Shown here: in pieces, positions 1-8,613 of the stretch | Layout of the letters: each line of letters starts with the position of its first letter | How positions within the stretch are numbered: the first letter of the stretch is position 1 | Position numbers and translations under genes: made by a program | The notes under the pieces: model-generated | Database searches by the model: none | Seen by the model: only the letters and a program-made list of their open reading frames with translations | Told to the model about the DNA's origin: nothing | From: an uncultured Acidimicrobiaceae bacterium | GTDB taxonomy: Bacteria > Actinomycetota > Acidimicrobiia > Spongiisociales > UBA5794 | Length of the DNA stretch: 64,000 nucleotides | Direction of reading: 5' to 3' | NCBI GenBank assembly: GCA_947258985.1 | Contig: CAMYKI010000001.1 | Coordinates: forward strand, 46,651 to 110,650

Positions 1-1
1 C

Positions 2-802
2 TCGCGTGACGAGCTTGCCTGGCACAGGGTCCTTCAACTCATCCCGGGTATTGGGCCGGCGACTGCTCGCCGAATTCTGACCGATCTCACGGAGTCCAAC
101 GAGGCACCCCTGCTCGAGTTCTGCGAGGGAGGCTTCCCGGTAGTGGCAGATGCCAGACCGCTCCTGATCGAACTCCAACAAGCGTTGCTGGATTGTGCCA
201 CTCGGCCCCTCGATCCCGGTGCCCAGATCGAACGGTTGATGCCTTTCCTGCAGGCGGTCATCGATCGCTGCTACGACGACGCGGCAGTTCGGGTTGCCGA
301 TCTCGAACAGCTGAGCGATATCGCCTCCGGCTATGGGGACCGCAGCCGCTTTCTTGCGGAGTTGACTCTCGACCCGCCCCATTCGACGACCGAGGTTGGA
401 CCGCCACATCTCGATGACGACTACCTGATTTTGAGCACGATTCACTCGGCCAAGGGAGGGGAGTGGCCTGTGGTCTACGTGATCCACGCTGCCGACGGCA
501 ACATCCCGTCGGACATGGCCCTAAACGAGCCGGGCGGTGTCGAAGAGGAAAGACGTCTGCTCTACGTGGCGCTCACCCGGGCAAAGGATCACCTCACGGT
601 GTCGTTTCCGCAGCGCTTCTACCACCGTCGTTTTGGATCGGACGGCCGGCACAGCTACGCCGTCCCGAGCCGCTTCCTGACTTCAGCTGCCGATCGGTTT
701 GAGCCGGTTGTGGCCGGTGTCCCCGAGCAAGAGGGCGGCGCCGGCACCTCTCCTCGGGGCGAGGACACCGTCGCCGGGGTGCTCGAATCCCTCTGGGATT
801 AG
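2..802 (+). CDS. UvrD/PcrA-family DNA helicase, C-terminal part (5' end outside window)
   Basis: Frame is open from nt 2 with no stop. HhH-like LIPGIGPATARRIL. UvrD C-terminal motifs LSTIHSAKGGEW and LLYVALTRAKDHL. Confidence 0.75.
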   Translation, partial: SRDELAWHRVLQLIPGIGPATARRILTDLTESNEAPLLEFCEGGFPVVADARPLLIELQQALLDCATRPLDPGAQIERLMPFLQAVIDRCYDDAAVRVADLEQLSDIASGYGDRSRFLAELTLDPPHSTTEVGPPHLDDDYLILSTIHSAKGGEWPVVYVIHAADGNIPSDMALNEPGGVEEERRLLYVALTRAKDHLTVSFPQRFYHRRFGSDGRHSYAVPSRFLTSAADRFEPVVAGVPEQEGGAGTSPRGEDTVAGVLESLWD

Positions 803-871
803 CCCCGGCTACGAACCCAGGGCTCGGAGCCGCTGATTTGGTGGCTGCGAACCCAGGGTTGGCGGATACGG

Positions 872-1753
872 CTATCTGTGGGTCAGGTGAGCCGGTTGGT
901 CGAGCCAGTCTTCGACCAGGGCGACGAACAGCGCCGGGTCTTCGATCTGCGGTGTATGGCCCACGCCCTCGAGCAGGCGAAATGCCCAGTCGGGACGTTG
1001 CTGGGCCGCCCAGCGGGCGGAATCGGGCGGGACGACCCTGTCCTCTGTGCCGTGCATCAGCAGAGTTGGCTGGGAGATCCGGTGGAGCAACTCGTGGAAT
1101 TTGCGGCGCGATCGTAGTTCAACCGCTATCGAACGGGCGGCATCGGTGAAGGCGTCGACGTTCCATTCCATTTCGCGTCGGGCCCGGGCCATTTCGACTG
1201 CCGCGGCCCGGTAGATCGGATCGATCTTGGCGCCGCGACTCAGCACGAGGCGCAGAGTGTCTTCTACCTCTTCTTCGGGTGATCGTTCGTGGTAGTAGTA
1301 CTTGGCGGCAGTGTTACCGACCATGGGGAGCAACGGGAGCACCAGCCGCTGGCTGTCACGAGAGATCGAGCGAATGCTCACCACAGGTAGGGCAGGATTC
1401 ACCAGGATGATTCGTTCCACGAGGCCGGGGCGCTCCACCGCAGCAAGCATGGACACGAGGCCCCCCATGGAGTTACCTACCAGCGTCACGCGATCCGCCG
1501 CCATCGTTTCGACGAAGTCGATGAGGAACTCGGCGTTGCGGCGCACGGTGGTCTTGCGTCCGTGGGGTGGGGTGAACCCAAAGCCGATCAGGTCTGGGAC
1601 CAACACGCGGTACGTCTGTGCCAGCAACTCAACAACCGGTTGCCAGCTCAGGTAGGAAGCCCCGATTCCGTGTACGAGCACCAGCGGGGGCCCGTCACTT
1701 TCAAGTTCCAGATAGTGACTCGGGCCGGTGACGTCGATGAAGTGAGACTTCAT
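872..1753 (-). CDS. alpha/beta-fold hydrolase
   Basis: 293-aa ORF. HG oxyanion motif LVLVHGIGAS and nucleophile elbow GNSMGG. Confidence 0.8.
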   Translation of the reverse strand: MKSHFIDVTGPSHYLELESDGPPLVLVHGIGASYLSWQPVVELLAQTYRVLVPDLIGFGFTPPHGRKTTVRRNAEFLIDFVETMAADRVTLVGNSMGGLVSMLAAVERPGLVERIILVNPALPVVSIRSISRDSQRLVLPLLPMVGNTAAKYYYHERSPEEEVEDTLRLVLSRGAKIDPIYRAAAVEMARARREMEWNVDAFTDAARSIAVELRSRRKFHELLHRISQPTLLMHGTEDRVVPPDSARWAAQQRPDWAFRLLEGVGHTPQIEDPALFVALVEDWLDQPAHLTHR

Positions 1754-1784
1754 GGTGTCACGCTAGTCGAGCCGCACGATCCGC

Positions 1785-3299
1785 CTACCCTGCGGCGGCT
1801 TCTTCGCGGGTGACGCCGGCCATCATCAGGCCGATCTCCTCACGCGTAATCGAGGTGTCGACGATGCCCATGATGCGTCCTTCGTACATGACGGCGATGC
1901 GATCAGAGAGCCCGAATATCTCATCGAGGTCCTCCGATATGACGAGGATGGCGGTGTCCTCGGATCGCTGGGCTACCAGCCGCTTGTGGATGTACTCGGC
2001 GGCGCCGATGTCGACACCCCGGGTCGGCTGTGAGGCAATCAGGACATTGGGAGTGCCCGAGAGCTCACGGGCGAGAATCAGCTTCTGAATGTTGCCACCG
2101 GAGAGGCTGCGCACCGGGGTATCCAGGCTGGGGGTTTTGACTGCAAATTCATCGACGAGCGTCTGACTGTGAGTCCGGATGGCATCGAAGTTCAGAAGCC
2201 CGGCGTCGAGGAACTCCTTGGAATTGTGATCAATCAGGAGGAGGTTCTCGGCGACGGTGAATAGCCCGATGCTTCCATCCTTCATCCTGCCTTCCGGCAC
2301 ATAGGCCAATCCGGCAGCTCGCACATCCACGGGACGCCCATTCGTGACGTCGGTGCCGGCGATGGAAATGGAACCGGCTTCGGCGTCGCGGAGGCCGGCA
2401 ATGGTCTCGGCCAGTTCGCGCTGCCCGTTACCCGACACCCCGGCAATCCCAAGGATCTCGCCCCTGCGGACGTCCAGGTCGAGGCCATCGATAACCACGT
2501 TGCCCCGGTCCCCGATGACGCGAAGTCCCGTGATCTCCAGAGCTGCTGAACCGGTCTCAACCTCAGGCTTGTCCGGAGCCAGCTTCACATCGCGCCCGAC
2601 CATCATCGACGCAAGCGAAGCGCGAGTCGCTCCCTCAGTCGTTGTGTAGCCGGTCACCCGGCCCTGGCGCAGAACGGTTATCCGATCGCTGAGCGCTAGC
2701 ACTTCGTGGAGTTTGTGAGAGATGAAGATGAGTCCCCGACCGTCTGCGGTCATCTGGTTCAGGGTCTCGAACAGCTGATCGACCTCCTGCGGCGTCAGCA
2801 CAGCCGTCGGTTCGTCGAGGATGAGCAGCTGAGCTTCACGGTACAGCGCCTTGATGATCTCAACCCGCTGCTTCTGCCCGACGGCGAGCTGCCAGACGGT
2901 GGCCGCCGGATCGATTTCCAATCCGTATTGCGAACCCAAGTCGACGATCTTCTCAGAAACGGCATCGAGGTCGGTCAGCGCCCCACGGCTGGAGTGAAGG
3001 CCGAGCGCAACGTTTTCAGCAACAGTCAATGTGTCGACCAGCATGAAGTGCTGATGGATCATGCCGATGTTGTGCTCGATCGCCGATGTAGGGCTGGTGA
3101 TCGTCACCGGTTCCCCGTTGAGCCGCATCTCTCCCTCATCGGCCTGGTAGAGGCCGTAGAGGACCTTCATCAGGGTGCTCTTGCCGGCACCGTTTTCGCC
3201 GAGCAGGGTGTGAACCTCGCCTGCGTACAGGTCGAAGTCGACGTTGTCGTTGGCGAGAACGCCGGGGAATCGTTTGGTGATTCCTTTCATCTCGAGCAT
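1785..3299 (-). CDS. ABC transporter ATP-binding protein, duplicated cassette (BMP/nucleoside-sugar type)
   Basis: Walker A GENGAGKST, signature LAVGQKQRVEI, Walker B LILDEPT, and second-half signature LSGGNIQK. Start placed at MLEMKG; the longer ORF to 3416 overlaps the upstream gene. Confidence 0.85.
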   Translation of the reverse strand: MLEMKGITKRFPGVLANDNVDFDLYAGEVHTLLGENGAGKSTLMKVLYGLYQADEGEMRLNGEPVTITSPTSAIEHNIGMIHQHFMLVDTLTVAENVALGLHSSRGALTDLDAVSEKIVDLGSQYGLEIDPAATVWQLAVGQKQRVEIIKALYREAQLLILDEPTAVLTPQEVDQLFETLNQMTADGRGLIFISHKLHEVLALSDRITVLRQGRVTGYTTTEGATRASLASMMVGRDVKLAPDKPEVETGSAALEITGLRVIGDRGNVVIDGLDLDVRRGEILGIAGVSGNGQRELAETIAGLRDAEAGSISIAGTDVTNGRPVDVRAAGLAYVPEGRMKDGSIGLFTVAENLLLIDHNSKEFLDAGLLNFDAIRTHSQTLVDEFAVKTPSLDTPVRSLSGGNIQKLILARELSGTPNVLIASQPTRGVDIGAAEYIHKRLVAQRSEDTAILVISEDLDEIFGLSDRIAVMYEGRIMGIVDTSITREEIGLMMAGVTREEAAAG

Positions 3300-3375
3300 C
3301 GGGACGTCGGCCACGGGCACTCCTGGGTTTGGTGTCCCCGGGGGTCGAAACCCCCGGGGACGCTGTTTCTTACTG

Positions 3376-4497
3376 TTATCCGGTGGGCTCAACTGCGCCC
3401 GCGATGATATCGGCAATGGCCTGATCGCCCAGCGCCTTGACCTCGGCGCTCAGCGCAAAGCCGTCGTTGTACTCGATGGCGAGTCCCTCATTGGCCAGGT
3501 CGATCACGTACACGGATCCGCCGAGGGTTCCCGCTGCCATATCGTCGAGGATCTGGCGCAGGACGATTTCCCACTTGTATACCTGGCTGGCTACGACTAT
3601 CTCCGGGGCGAGACTCGTCTGGTTGGCCTGGGTGCCGAACCAGGGGATTCCCTGATCGGCAGCGACGCCAACGGCGCCGACCACCATCTGAGCGGTACCG
3701 GTCATGATGTCGGCTCCGGCCGCAGCATGTGCCTGGGCGGCCTCGGAGGCCAGCGCCACATCGCTGAAGGAACCGGTGTAGTTGATGTTGACCGTTACGC
3801 CGGAGTCGTTGGCCTCAGCGCCTGCCTTATAGCCATCGACGTACAGCTTGGCGTCGCCGACCTCGACCGGTCCGACGATTCCGATGGTGCCGGTCTCGGT
3901 GAGAGCTGCACCGAGCACGCCCATTACATAGCCACCCTCATCAGACGCGGCCTCATAGGCGAAGACGTTCGAAAGGCCGAAGGTATCGGCTGCGGTGCCC
4001 CAGGCAAATGTGGTCTCGGGGAAGTCCGGAGCGATCTCCTGCAGCGAACCGCCGTACTGTGAACCGTGGGCGATGACCAGGTCGAAACCGCTGGCTGCAT
4101 AATCTCGGATCGCCGCGGCGGCATCGTCAACTACGAACGTACCGTCGGTGACGGCAACCTCGGCGACTTCGCGCTCACCCTCGATTACGTTGACGGCATC
4201 AACGATCGACTGCGTGAAAGCAAGGTCGTTAGAAGCTGAAGGCGCCACGATGGCGATACGGATCGGTTCCGCGGCCGCTGCGGTCGTGGTGGTCTCCGCT
4301 GCTGTTGTGGTGGTCTCACCTTCGACGGTTGTGGTGGTCTCACCTGCGGTCGTTGTCGTTTCTTCGGCTGTCGTTGTTGTCTCGGCAGCGACTGTGGTCT
4401 CGGTGGTCTCGTCGTCCCCGCCGGAGACGGCGACGATGATGATCACCAGCAGGGCAGCTGCCGCTACACCCAGCCAGATCCATGCGTTTCTACTCAA
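3376..4497 (-). CDS. BMP-family (Med/PnrA-like) ABC substrate-binding protein, signal-anchored, with a Thr/Glu-rich linker
   Basis: TTG start preceded by GGAGA. N-terminal TM segment, then ETTTT repeats, then a BMP-like periplasmic binding fold. Paralog of 37027-38154. Confidence 0.85.
   Translation of the reverse strand: MSRNAWIWLGVAAAALLVIIIVAVSGGDDETTETTVAAETTTTAEETTTTAGETTTTVEGETTTTAAETTTTAAAAEPIRIAIVAPSASNDLAFTQSIVDAVNVIEGEREVAEVAVTDGTFVVDDAAAAIRDYAASGFDLVIAHGSQYGGSLQEIAPDFPETTFAWGTAADTFGLSNVFAYEAASDEGGYVMGVLGAALTETGTIGIVGPVEVGDAKLYVDGYKAGAEANDSGVTVNINYTGSFSDVALASEAAQAHAAAGADIMTGTAQMVVGAVGVAADQGIPWFGTQANQTSLAPEIVVASQVYKWEIVLRQILDDMAAGTLGGSVYVIDLANEGLAIEYNDGFALSAEVKALGDQAIADIIAGAVEPTG
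4270..4416 (-). repeat. Imperfect tandem coding repeats encoding the (E/A)ETTTT linker
   Basis: Protein segment DDETTETTVAAETTTTAEETTTTAGETTTTVEGETTTTAAETTTTAAAA. The DNA shows a reiterated ggtggtctc/gttgt pattern. Confidence 0.6.
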
Positions 4498-4545
4498 TTG
4501 ATTTCTCCTATTGCTTCGCCTGCAGGCTCATCACCTGCCGGTTGT

Positions 4546-5478
4546 TCATGTACCTCTCGTGAACGGCTTGGTGAGCGCCGACGGAGCGCGGAAGCGCCTC
4601 GCCACTATCACCAGTGCCAGGATCGTAATAATGGCCGGGGCCATTGCGGCGATGTCGGACCAACTTTGCGGGATGATTCCGAGCGTCTTGAACTGCAGGA
4701 CCAGCGAATTGACGAAGCCGTAGAGGAGGGCTCCCGCCATAACTCCCAGGGGTCGCCACGCTCCGAAATAGACGAGGGCAATTGCGATGAAGCCCTGGGC
4801 GTTGGTGAGATTTTGCTGGAAGATTCCGAGGTCGATGGCAAGTGCCGCCCCGGCCGCTCCGGCGAGGGTGCCGCCGATTGTGACGGTGGCATACCGCACT
4901 CGTGAGACGCTCACTCCCAAGCTGTCGGCGGCCTCGGGGTTTTCGCCGACGGCCCGGATATTCATCCCGAAGTTGGTCTTGTTGATGATGAACATCGCAA
5001 CAGGCACCGACAGGAAAGCCAGATAGACAACCACGCTGTGGGAGAAGAACATCCCGCCGAGCCAGGGGATGTCGCTGAGCCCCGGAATGTCGATCTTGGG
5101 GAACTTGGTGATCGGAACGGGTGTTCCGACAAGCCTCTGGAACAAGAGGTCGCTCATCCCGAGTCCGAACAGGTAGACGCCGATGCCGGAAATGCCTTGC
5201 TCGGCCTGCAGCGTCACTGAGATCAACGACGATGCCAGTCCCAACACGATCCCGATGGCTATGCCGGCGAGCAGCCCGTACCAGACGTTGCCCGTCTTGA
5301 GTACGGTGTAATAGCCGGTGAAGGCGCCGAGCAGCATGATCCCGTCGACACCGAGGTTGAGCACACCGCTGCGCTGCCCAAATGTCTCCCCAAGCGCCGC
5401 CAGCAGCAGTGGCACGGCGAGACGGATACCACCGGCGACCGTTGCAATCAGGACCGCTTCGGTGAAAAAATCGCTCAT
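4546..5478 (-). CDS. ABC transporter permease (BMP-type system)
   Basis: 310-aa polytopic membrane protein. ATGA overlap with the upstream permease. Paralog of 33329-34282. Confidence 0.85.
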   Translation of the reverse strand: MSDFFTEAVLIATVAGGIRLAVPLLLAALGETFGQRSGVLNLGVDGIMLLGAFTGYYTVLKTGNVWYGLLAGIAIGIVLGLASSLISVTLQAEQGISGIGVYLFGLGMSDLLFQRLVGTPVPITKFPKIDIPGLSDIPWLGGMFFSHSVVVYLAFLSVPVAMFIINKTNFGMNIRAVGENPEAADSLGVSVSRVRYATVTIGGTLAGAAGAALAIDLGIFQQNLTNAQGFIAIALVYFGAWRPLGVMAGALLYGFVNSLVLQFKTLGIIPQSWSDIAAMAPAIITILALVIVARRFRAPSALTKPFTRGT

Positions 5479-6704
5479 TGTTCACCCGACCCTTGTTCGC
5501 CGCCCGCGTCGTCGGACGCGGGGCCCGCTCTATCGGGCGGGCCGTCCTCAACCGCTCCTACCGCCGCCGGCACGGGATCCTCGTTCTCCTGCTCAGCGAG
5601 CTTGGCTGCAGTTTCGGCGGCTGAAGCCCGCTCCCGCAAGAGCTTCTTGTAGCGGTCGGTGGACACCACGAAGATCACGACCAGGCCGTTGAGGGCCAGG
5701 ATGAGCGCAGACGGAACCTGCACGGCACGCTGCAGCGCGTTACCGCCTACGAGCAGTCCGCCAAATAGGAACGAAGCCGGAATGGTCCACAGCGGATGTA
5801 GACCGCCGAAGAGGGCGGCGACGATGCCGTTGAATCCGGCGCTGCCCGTGAACCCGGCCGTCGAACCGTCGGTGACCATGCGGTGGCTTTCGCTGCCGAA
5901 CACCAGCACGGCGCCTGCGAGGCCTGCCATGGCGCCGCTCATCGTCAGGGCGAGGGTCACGGTCCGCTTCACGGGGATGCCGGCGTACTTCGAGGCATCG
6001 GGGTTTTGGCCCACTGCACGGACCCGGTACCCAAGGGGGGTTCGCCACAGAAGGATGTATGCCGCGATTGCGGCGAGGATGGCGATGAGGGGACCGATGT
6101 GGAGCCGATCGCTGCCGAGGATCAGCGGTAGATCGGCAGCTTCGGGGAGGCGCTCGGTCTGCGGGATGCGGGTGCCCCGGTCGATCTCGCCGGGGTCGAT
6201 CATCGGTCCGCGCAGCAGGAAGTTCATGAGCTGCACTGCGACGATGTTGAGCATGATCGTGCTGAGGATTTCGTTTACCCCGTAGTAGGCCTTGAGTGCA
6301 CCGGGGACGGATCCCCAGATGGCGCCGCCGATGATGCCGGCGATGAGGACGAGGGGGACCATGATGAGCGCCGGCAAAGCGTCGCCCAGCCAGAGAGCCG
6401 TTGCGGTGCTCAGCAACCCGCCGGCAACCATCTGGCCTTCGCCGCCGATGTTGATGACATTTGCCCGGAAGGCAATGGTGATACCGACACCGACCAGAAG
6501 CAGCGGGGTTGCCTTGAGGGCGGTGCTGATGAGCGCCTCGCCGCTACCGAAGGCACCGTCGAACATTGCCTTCACGCCCTCTGCGGGGCTGGCGTCGAGC
6601 ATGACGAGCATGATGGCGCCGATGATCAAGGCGACTAGGACAGACAGGACTGGAACGCTGTAGGCGAGATAACTGCTTCTACGAGCGCTACCTAGGCTGG
6701 CCAC
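5475..6704 (-). CDS. ABC transporter permease (BMP-type system) with a charged C-terminal extension
   Basis: 409-aa polytopic membrane protein. Paralog of 34279-35397. Acidic low-complexity tail of about 60 aa. Confidence 0.85.
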   Translation of the reverse strand: MASLGSARRSSYLAYSVPVLSVLVALIIGAIMLVMLDASPAEGVKAMFDGAFGSGEALISTALKATPLLLVGVGITIAFRANVINIGGEGQMVAGGLLSTATALWLGDALPALIMVPLVLIAGIIGGAIWGSVPGALKAYYGVNEILSTIMLNIVAVQLMNFLLRGPMIDPGEIDRGTRIPQTERLPEAADLPLILGSDRLHIGPLIAILAAIAAYILLWRTPLGYRVRAVGQNPDASKYAGIPVKRTVTLALTMSGAMAGLAGAVLVFGSESHRMVTDGSTAGFTGSAGFNGIVAALFGGLHPLWTIPASFLFGGLLVGGNALQRAVQVPSALILALNGLVVIFVVSTDRYKKLLRERASAAETAAKLAEQENEDPVPAAVGAVEDGPPDRAGPASDDAGGEQGSGEQ

Positions 6705-6862
6705 CCGACCCTCCTCTGTCTTTCCTCACGAAGTGCGATGTCGCAAGGGTGCTAGCTGGTTTACAAAATGTCAAGTTTGGTGGTGCAGGTTTGCCGTCTA
6801 CCCGGCGAATCCGTTGAGCCTAGACGACACGGGGTGTGGCGCGCGGGCATAAGGCAGCTGCC

Positions 6863-7768
6863 TCAACGGGCCGTCCGCGCATCCCTCTCCGGTGTGACCC
6901 GGTGTGATCGCCCTTCGGCGGCAACGGCTGCGAGTGCGACCAGCACAAGCGTAAATCCCATCCAGCCGAGAAGAGTGGGTCTTTCCCCGATGACGATTAC
7001 GCCGAGCACAGCCGCGGTGACCGGCTCACCAAGGCTCAGTGTCGTGGCCGTGGTCGATCGGGTGGTTTCGAGGCCCTTCGCGAACAAGAGGTAAGCGGCC
7101 GCCGTTGCCAGCAACCCGAGATGCAGAATGGTGAGAACGCCCCCGGGCGACGCCACCCATTCCAGGCTGTCGACGGCGAGCAACGGCAACAGTAGGACCG
7201 CGGCGATGGCGAAGATGATCGCGGTGGATCCGACCACGTCTCCGGCTCTAGAGAACTGGCGGGCGGCAATGACGTAGGTGGCGTAGGCACTTCCCGCCAG
7301 CAGAGCAAACACAATGCCGTCGGCGCTGGCACCCACGTCCTCGCCGGTCGCGGTGAGAAGAGCAACCCCGAAGATGGCGACGCCGGTAGCCGCGATCCAG
7401 ATGGGGGATGGCGGCTCTCGGTCGTATGCCCAGGCGAGCAGGCCACCCATGACGGGTGCTGTTCCGATGGCAACGATTGTTCCCACGACTACGCCGGTGC
7501 GATCAATCGCCAGAAAGAAGAATGGTTGATATAGGCCGACCCCGAGAGCGGCAACGAGCGTTGCCGGGCGGCGCAAACCGGATAGGTCTCTCAACTGGTG
7601 GGTCCCGGCCGCAATAGCCATCAGAGCAACTGCTGCCACAAGCACCCGTAGCGAACCGATGGACAGAGGCGTGGCACCATCGGGGGCCAATTGCTGGGTC
7701 GTGCCGGTGGTCCCCCACAGCACCGTGGCCGAGATGATGAGTAGAGGTCCCGCGAGGTGTCGTTTCAA
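6863..7768 (-). CDS. EamA/DMT-family transporter
   Basis: About 10 predicted TM helices in two EamA-like halves. Start moved to TTG at 7768 because the longer ORF (to 8035) overlaps the upstream HTH gene in another frame with an Arg/Pro-rich sequence. Confidence 0.7.
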   Translation of the reverse strand: MKRHLAGPLLIISATVLWGTTGTTQQLAPDGATPLSIGSLRVLVAAVALMAIAAGTHQLRDLSGLRRPATLVAALGVGLYQPFFFLAIDRTGVVVGTIVAIGTAPVMGGLLAWAYDREPPSPIWIAATGVAIFGVALLTATGEDVGASADGIVFALLAGSAYATYVIAARQFSRAGDVVGSTAIIFAIAAVLLLPLLAVDSLEWVASPGGVLTILHLGLLATAAAYLLFAKGLETTRSTTATTLSLGEPVTAAVLGVIVIGERPTLLGWMGFTLVLVALAAVAAEGRSHRVTPERDARTAR

Positions 7769-7782
7769 ACCTGTACTCGCGA

Positions 7783-8151
7783 TCAGTCGCGAATGGCGTT
7801 GAGGTAGTTGTAGATGGTGATACGGCTGACGTTCATGACGTCGGCGATGTACTCGATCGACTTGCGCAGGAGGAAGGCACCCTGCTCGTCGAGCAAACGG
7901 ACCGCTACCTGCTTCTCTACCCGGTCGAGGTCCTTGAGCGGTGCCCCCAGCTCCGCCTCGATGCGCGATACCAGCAGCTCGAGCGCATGTGAGAGTGGGG
8001 GCAACCTCACCGCACCGACGACTTCTCCCTCCCACTCCAGCTCAATGTCGCCCGTGTCAACCTGATCCGCCGACACCGCATCGCCGCCGATAGCGTCGAG
8101 GAGAGGCTGTATAGCCTTGAACAGGTCGTCGGGGCTGCTACTCATTGCCAC
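7783..8151 (-). CDS. Small DNA-binding protein with C-terminal helix-turn-helix
   Basis: 122 aa. C-terminal IEYIADVMNVSRITIYNYLNAIR is a typical HTH. 14-nt overlap with the upstream gene. Confidence 0.6.
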   Translation of the reverse strand: MAMSSSPDDLFKAIQPLLDAIGGDAVSADQVDTGDIELEWEGEVVGAVRLPPLSHALELLVSRIEAELGAPLKDLDRVEKQVAVRLLDEQGAFLLRKSIEYIADVMNVSRITIYNYLNAIRD

Positions 8152-8386
8152 ATGTGTCCAGCTGGATCGAGACCCGGGAGGCGCCGGCGGCAGTAGCCGC
8201 CTGGAGCAGCCTCTTCACCGCTTCGATTATTTCGCCTGATCCACCCTCGATGGTGGTACCAAACGGTCCCATCGCCGGCTCGAAACCCAATGCCTTGACC
8301 GCTTCGACCGCGGCCACAACGTGCGGGCCGGGATTCCCTTCTTCGAACGGTTCGACCAGGAACTCGGCACTGCAGATTGTCGACAC
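8138..8386 (-). CDS. MTH1187/YkoF-like thiamine-binding-family protein (DUF77-like)
   Basis: 82 aa. AEFLVEPF...GPFGTTIEG pattern typical of this small ACT-like family. Confidence 0.6.
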   Translation of the reverse strand: MSTICSAEFLVEPFEEGNPGPHVVAAVEAVKALGFEPAMGPFGTTIEGGSGEIIEAVKRLLQAATAAGASRVSIQLDTCGNE

Positions 8387-8554
8387 GGGTGCTCCTCGGC
8401 GGATGGCACAACTCTATACGGGTCGGATTACCAGCTGCGATTCGAATGAGACGAGGTCGGCGCCGACGGCGTCCCGGCATGCAACAGGCCTTCCTCTTGG
8501 ATAGTCTCACCAGGTGGGGGGCGCTCCCAATTCGACCTGAGTAGCCGCAAGAGA

Positions 8555-8612
8555 GATTTGACAAAAAGTAAACCCTCTAAGATGATCGAGATAGTTCAAT
8601 TTGAGGAGGAGG
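8555..8612 (+). promoter_or_regulatory. AT-rich patch with TTGACA and TAAGAT/GATGAT hexamers and a strong RBS upstream of the hydroxylase gene
   Basis: tttgacaaaaagtaaaccctctaagatgatcgag...gaggaggaggtgtgATG. Hexamer spacing is not ideal. Confidence 0.3.
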
Positions 8613-8613
8613 T

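Noticed and set aside
803-871. Direct repeat cgaacccaggg (812-822 and 848-858) between the convergent helicase and hydrolase genes.
   Set aside because: It is short (11 bp), occurs as a single pair, and has no associated structure or ORF. It is probably part of a weak terminator region or a chance match.
4270-4416. Tandem repeat tract that could be mistaken for a CRISPR-like or satellite array.
   Set aside because: It lies in frame inside the SBP gene and encodes the ETTTT linker. The repeats are short and imperfect, with no spacers.
6863-8035. N-terminal extensions of several track ORFs: 6863-8035, 10968-12215, 15830-16567, 22823-23899, 30736-31431, 40663-41805, 1785-3416, 51758-52870.
   Set aside because: The extended parts overlap well-supported upstream genes in another frame and are low-complexity. 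Conserved domains begin at internal start codons, often in ATGA/GTGA overlaps.
8387-8613. Possible TPP riboswitch (for the minus-strand thiamine-binding-family gene) or Moco riboswitch (for the plus-strand hydroxylase).
   Set aside because: I could not find the conserved cores on either strand, such as the CUGAGA and ACCUGAUCUGGAUAAUGCCAGCG-like elements for TPP. Only a chance ACCTGA is present. cmscan would be needed to settle this.
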